The notes under the pieces are model-generated. The model did no database searches. It was not told the origin of the DNA and saw nothing but the letters and a program-made list of their open reading frames with translations. DNA of 40,077 bases from a virus (Duplodnaviria > Caudoviricetes): positions 1 to 40,077 of IMG/VR virus record IMGVR_UViG_3300029319_000140; one strand, 5' to 3'. Shown one piece after another: positions 36,216 to 40,077 of the stretch; the stretch's first letter is position 1; every line of letters begins with the position of its first letter. Both the position numbers and the translations under genes were made by a program.

Positions 36216-36382
36216 TGGCAAGAAAGAAAACGAAAAGAAAAAAAGGCAGTCCTAAACCAAAGAATCCAGCTTTGTATTCAAGAGTAAAGGCTGCAGCAAA
36301 ACGTAAGTTTGATGTATATCCTTCTGCATATGCTAATGCTTGGTTAGTAAGAGAATATAAAAAACGTGGTGGTAAATATTAA
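36215..36382 (+). CDS. 55-aa basic protein (DUF5872-like)
   Basis: PKNPALYSRVKAAAKRKFDVYPSAYANAWLVREYKKRGGKY; TAATG coupling. Confidence 0.75.
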   Translation: MARKKTKRKKGSPKPKNPALYSRVKAAAKRKFDVYPSAYANAWLVREYKKRGGKY

Positions 36383-36666
36383 TGGCTTACAAGGGTGGAC
36401 TTAGAAAGTGGTTCAGTGAAAACTGGGTTGATATTGGTGCTCCGAAAAAAGGTGGAGGCTTCAAAAAATGTGGGAGGTCAAAACTAAAAGCGGACAAAAA
36501 AAGAAAGTATCCTAAGTGTGTCCCTGCTGCTAAAGCAGCAAAGATGACTAAAGCACAGATTAGAAGTGCGGTTAGTAGAAAAAGAGCAAAAGCACAAGGA
36601 GTAGGCGGTAAGCCAACAAACGTAGCAACATTTGCTAGAAAACAAAATGGGAAAAAAAGAAAATGA
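36382..36666 (+). CDS. Basic phage protein (DUF5872-like)
   Basis: GLRKWFSENWVDI...CGRS...YPKCVP. Confidence 0.75.
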   Translation: MAYKGGLRKWFSENWVDIGAPKKGGGFKKCGRSKLKADKKRKYPKCVPAAKAAKMTKAQIRSAVSRKRAKAQGVGGKPTNVATFARKQNGKKRK

Positions 36667-37403
36667 GTGATAATATAAATGAATTTTTTACTCTTGAGAA
36701 TAGACAACAAAACGGTGCTATAACAGCTGAGGAATATGCAGCACTTAAAAGCTTGAACATAGACATTGATTTTATTGAGAAAAGAGAAGGCTTTAGAACT
36801 GAAGGTTACATTCCAAAAAGAAATGACGGAACAATTTTTGGTAATTCAGGAGTTACTATAGGATTTGGTATTGATTTAGGGCAAAGAAGTTTGATGGATT
36901 TTGTAGGATTTGAAGACCAAGAACTCATAAAAAAATTAGAACCATACTTTGGGCTAAAAAAACAAGATGCTCAAAACTTATTACTTCAAAACATACGAGC
37001 AGGTAATCCTCTTGTTGTTACAGAAGATGAGGCTAATAGATTAAGCAACCATATATTAGAAAACTTGACTGGCACACTTAGAACAAATTTTACAAATCTG
37101 TTTGGTGTAGATTTAGCAGATATGCCACCAGAACTTCAAACTGTTTTGGCTTCTATTGGAACACAATATGGACCAAACTTTTTAGACAATCCTATGACTG
37201 AAGAGTATGACCCAAAGACACCTAAGTTTGCAAAAAAATTACGTGACGTTGTCACTCCTCAAGATTCATTGCTGTCTCTAAATATAGAGGGATATGAAAC
37301 TTTAATTGATGAGCTTAGAAATTTTGGTGATGACTATGACGATAGAAGAGAGGCGGAAGCAGATTTAATACAAGGTTATATAGATGGTATAGGAAGATTT
37401 TAA
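36663..37403 (+). CDS. Pesticin-like muramidase (lysozyme fold)
   Basis: DFIEKREG...YIP...NSGVTIGFGIDLGQ and LRNFGDDYDDRREAEADL. Confidence 0.8.
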   Translation: MSDNINEFFTLENRQQNGAITAEEYAALKSLNIDIDFIEKREGFRTEGYIPKRNDGTIFGNSGVTIGFGIDLGQRSLMDFVGFEDQELIKKLEPYFGLKKQDAQNLLLQNIRAGNPLVVTEDEANRLSNHILENLTGTLRTNFTNLFGVDLADMPPELQTVLASIGTQYGPNFLDNPMTEEYDPKTPKFAKKLRDVVTPQDSLLSLNIEGYETLIDELRNFGDDYDDRREAEADLIQGYIDGIGRF

Positions 37404-37540
37404 TGAGAGGATTGAAACCACAGGTAAAAAGACACACTAACGGTAAGAAGAAAACCAGACAAGGGCAAAGCAATAATACAAAATACGGAAACAAGATGAG
37501 TACAAAATACTACAAGAAAAGATATAGAGGACAAGGATAA
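37403..37540 (+). CDS. 45-aa basic peptide ending KKRYRGQG
   Basis: Read by hand; TAATG coupling at both ends. Confidence 0.7.
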   Translation: MRGLKPQVKRHTNGKKKTRQGQSNNTKYGNKMSTKYYKKRYRGQG

Positions 37541-38193
37541 TGGCAACATTTAAACAACAAATATTTGATATTACTGGTGATTTATCTACATCAGTATCTG
37601 ATGCTTCAATAACACAGTGGCTAACATCAGGTGCTAGATTAGTATTAAATGCTATGCCTATACACAAACTTGAAAGAATTGCTAGTAATACAAACTTTAC
37701 AAACTCACAAGACACTGAAGGTAAAAGAATTCTATCAGTTTTAAGAAAAGATGCAAACAATAGTAATAGATATATGCCTTGCAGGGAGTTACAGCCTAGT
37801 CAAATGGGTAAAGTTCACGATTCTTCATATATGGAATTTGCTTCAACAAGTGACCCAGCATACATAATTCATAATCAAGTTATTAATACTTTTCCAGAAA
37901 GTGTAGCATCTAATGATAGCAGAGTAGTATCTATAAATACAGACATAACAGTAGCTCACGGTGTAGAAGTTATTGATAACTTTCCAGATGAGGCGGAGTA
38001 TGCTGTAACTCTTTATGCAGCAAGACAAGCTTTGAAAAAATTAATAGCAGATGCTAATAACGATGAGGATGTAGAGTTGGCATCATCATATAGTAACCAG
38101 TATGCATTAGTAGATGCACAATATAAAGAAGCATTACAGATTTTAGGTATAGAAGAAATAGAAGAAAGAAAACTACAAAGGGATGCTAGATAA
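37540..38193 (+). CDS. Putative head-tail adaptor protein
   Basis: Position after the head genes; helical N- and C-termini flanking a beta-like insert (FPDEAEYAVTLYAA). Confidence 0.5.
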   Translation: MATFKQQIFDITGDLSTSVSDASITQWLTSGARLVLNAMPIHKLERIASNTNFTNSQDTEGKRILSVLRKDANNSNRYMPCRELQPSQMGKVHDSSYMEFASTSDPAYIIHNQVINTFPESVASNDSRVVSINTDITVAHGVEVIDNFPDEAEYAVTLYAARQALKKLIADANNDEDVELASSYSNQYALVDAQYKEALQILGIEEIEERKLQRDAR

Positions 38194-38429
38194 TGTCAGG
38201 AGTAACTACTAACTGGACAAAAAGTACAAGCAATGATACGTTAGGAAAAGATAGTAATTCTACTACATCTTGGACAGAACCTGCTTTAAATGTGATAGCT
38301 ACATCTTGGACAGAACCTGCTTTAAATGTGATAGCTATAACCTGGGCAGAGGTTTTAGAACAATTTAAATTTTGGGTAGATGGTAATTCTTTTTGGCAAG
38401 ATGTGAATAGTAATTGGGAGGATTTATAA
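38193..38429 (+). CDS. Small Trp/Thr-repeat protein
   Basis: Repeated T-x-W-T units; TAATG coupling. Confidence 0.6.
   Translation: MSGVTTNWTKSTSNDTLGKDSNSTTSWTEPALNVIATSWTEPALNVIAITWAEVLEQFKFWVDGNSFWQDVNSNWEDL
38263..38337 (+). repeat. Perfect 36-bp tandem duplication
   Basis: CTACATCTTGGACAGAACCTGCTTTAAATGTGATAG x2, followed by CTA. Confidence 0.95.
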
Positions 38430-38734
38430 TGGCAGCAATAGAATTTAGTGGTAAAGAAATACATAGTAGAGTTCAACAGGCAGTACCTGAAGTTTCAGAA
38501 AACTATGTATTAAATCTTATAAACGAAGCGTTGATAGATTTAGGACAATATAATTTAAAAACAGAGTATGCTAAAACAAACTTAGCAAATGGACAGCAAT
38601 GGTATGGATTAGGCGACGATAGAGATGTTACAGTAAACAAAGTTTTTAGATGTAGTATCTTAAACTCTGATGGAGAATATATAAGAATACCTAGATTAAC
38701 AAATCAAGAAACGAAAATAACAGATACGGAGTAA
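38429..38734 (+). CDS. Virion structural protein (adaptor-like); start probably ATG 38429
   Basis: GGAGG RBS and TAATG coupling; YVLNLINEALIDL motif. Confidence 0.55.
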   Translation: MAAIEFSGKEIHSRVQQAVPEVSENYVLNLINEALIDLGQYNLKTEYAKTNLANGQQWYGLGDDRDVTVNKVFRCSILNSDGEYIRIPRLTNQETKITDTE

Positions 38735-38736
38735 TT

Positions 38737-39189
38737 ATGGCAGCGGTAGACAGCACATTTAAAGACCCTTCAGTAAACTTTGTTTGGTGGATAGAAGGAG
38801 ATAAAATAGCTATAGCCACTTCAGAGGGTGATGGAGGAACAACTGAAACAGGAAATGGTAGACTAAAAGCTCCTATCATTGGTTCAGGTTCTGATGTAAT
38901 TACAAATGGTATGCTTATATCTTACTATGCAGAGCCAGATAAACTTAGTTCTATTACAGGAACAATAGATATTGACAATGCACTACAACCTGCATTGATA
39001 TTATATGTAAAAGCAAAAGCTCTTATGGATGCTGCCGCAAGAACAAATAATCCAGAATTAGCTTCAATAAAATTACAATCAGCTCAAATGGCTATGGCAG
39101 AATACAAAGAAATGATTACAAAGTATGGAGCAAGAAGAAGGGATAAAACTGGTGGAACACGTGGTGTTACTCCTGCAAACTTTAGATAG
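38737..39189 (+). CDS. Virion structural protein (adaptor-like)
   Basis: IDIDNALQPALILYVKAK resembles adaptor C-terminal helices. Confidence 0.5.
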   Translation: MAAVDSTFKDPSVNFVWWIEGDKIAIATSEGDGGTTETGNGRLKAPIIGSGSDVITNGMLISYYAEPDKLSSITGTIDIDNALQPALILYVKAKALMDAAARTNNPELASIKLQSAQMAMAEYKEMITKYGARRRDKTGGTRGVTPANFR

Positions 39190-39198
39190 AGGTAAAAA

Positions 39199-40077
39199 GT
39201 GGCTACACTAACAGGAAAAAAAATATCAGATTCTTATAAGGACTTATTACAAGTTTCAAATAGTAATGCTGGAGTTGATGGAACATTAAGAGATATAGAA
39301 GATGGAGAGGGTACAGCAAGTGTACTACAGATAAGTTCTTCTTCTATAAACATCAAAGATGATGGAGCTCTACAAATCAATGAAACTGCAGTTACTGCTA
39401 CTGCAGCAGAGTTAAATATTTTAGATGGTGTAACTTCTACAGCTTCAGAACTAAATATTCTTGATGGCGTAACTGCTACAACAGATGAAATAAATTATCT
39501 TGACGGTGTTACATCTAATATACAAACACAAATAGATGCTGTATCACCATTGACAACAGAACAAGTTCAAGATATAGTAGGTGCTATGTTTACTGGTAAT
39601 ACAGAGACTAGAATATCAGCTTCATACGAAGACGGTGACGGCACTATAGATTTAGTAGTGGACGATATGACAGCTCACCCAAGTATATCAGCAGCTAGTT
39701 CCTCTGATAACAGTGGCAGAACATACATACAAGATATAACATTAGATTCTAACGGTCACGTAACTGGAATAGCTACAGCAACAGAAACAGTGACTGATAC
39801 GAATTTAAGCACCGAAGCAGTGCAAGACATAGTAGGAGCTATGTTTACTTCAAACACAGAAACACGTATTGCTGTTGAATACCAAGATGCTGACGGTACT
39901 ATTGACTTGGTGGTTGACGATATGACAGCAGACACTAATACGTTTAGAACTGTAACTGCAGGTGGTAATACTTTAGGTGCTTCAGAAACATTAGCTTTTA
40001 CAGAGGGCTCAAACATAACTATAAGTGAATCTGGTGGTGCTGTTACGATAGCAGCTACAGATACTAACACACAACTA
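39199..40077 (+). CDS. Tail fibre protein, 3' truncated (missing from the ORF track)
   Basis: GAGG RBS and GTG 39199; frame open to the window end; ELNILDGVT-like x3 repeats and two copies of EQVQDIVGAMFT.NTETRI...DGTIDLVVDDMTA. Confidence 0.85.
   Translation, partial: MATLTGKKISDSYKDLLQVSNSNAGVDGTLRDIEDGEGTASVLQISSSSINIKDDGALQINETAVTATAAELNILDGVTSTASELNILDGVTATTDEINYLDGVTSNIQTQIDAVSPLTTEQVQDIVGAMFTGNTETRISASYEDGDGTIDLVVDDMTAHPSISAASSSDNSGRTYIQDITLDSNGHVTGIATATETVTDTNLSTEAVQDIVGAMFTSNTETRIAVEYQDADGTIDLVVDDMTADTNTFRTVTAGGNTLGASETLAFTEGSNITISESGGAVTIAATDTNTQL

Noticed and set aside
38263-38337. 36-bp repeat as a CRISPR array
   Set aside because: The copies are directly adjacent with no spacer and lie in frame within a CDS.
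28033-40070. Minus-strand ORFs opposite the packaging, head and tail genes, including 39756-40070
   Set aside because: Antisense to well-supported genes; 39756-40070 lies opposite the tail fibre.
1-40077. Diversity-generating retroelement, tRNAs, integrase or alternative genetic code
   Set aside because: No reverse transcriptase or TR/VR pair, cloverleaf or recombinase motif recognised; standard-code ORFs tile the window densely and use all three stop codons.

Overview
The window is most of the genome of an AT-rich tailed dsDNA bacteriophage with podovirus-like architecture: P22-type portal, no tape-measure, sheath or tail-tube gene recognised, and large putative ejection proteins. It is cut inside a tail-related gene at both ends. 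On the + strand, 27.4-40 kb carries a metallophosphoesterase, TerS, TerL, portal, scaffold, major capsid, decoration protein, small basic proteins, a pesticin-like muramidase, adaptor-like genes and a tail fibre. Also on +, 1-14.9 kb carries a Hint-domain protein, holin, two paralogous toxin-like proteins, a tail nozzle and internal virion proteins. On the - strand, 15-25.4 kb holds a recombination module (SSB-like, resolvase, ERF, Cas4-like nuclease) and many small ORFs, with a short divergent, very AT-rich + cluster at 25.8-27 kb. Most notable observations: (1) a tandem pair of proteins sharing a leader, a pre-toxin-like helical domain and divergent ADP-ribosyltransferase-like C-termini; (2) twelve GGAAC-N16-hexamer ECF-sigma-type promoters before the small-gene region, versus sigma70-like promoters before structural operons; (3) a pseudoknotted ncRNA candidate after the capsid genes; (4) hairpins with an anti-RBS loop; (5) DnaA boxes and an ACCCTA repeat array, with no replication gene recognised. 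All protein calls come from motif recognition by eye, not database searches.
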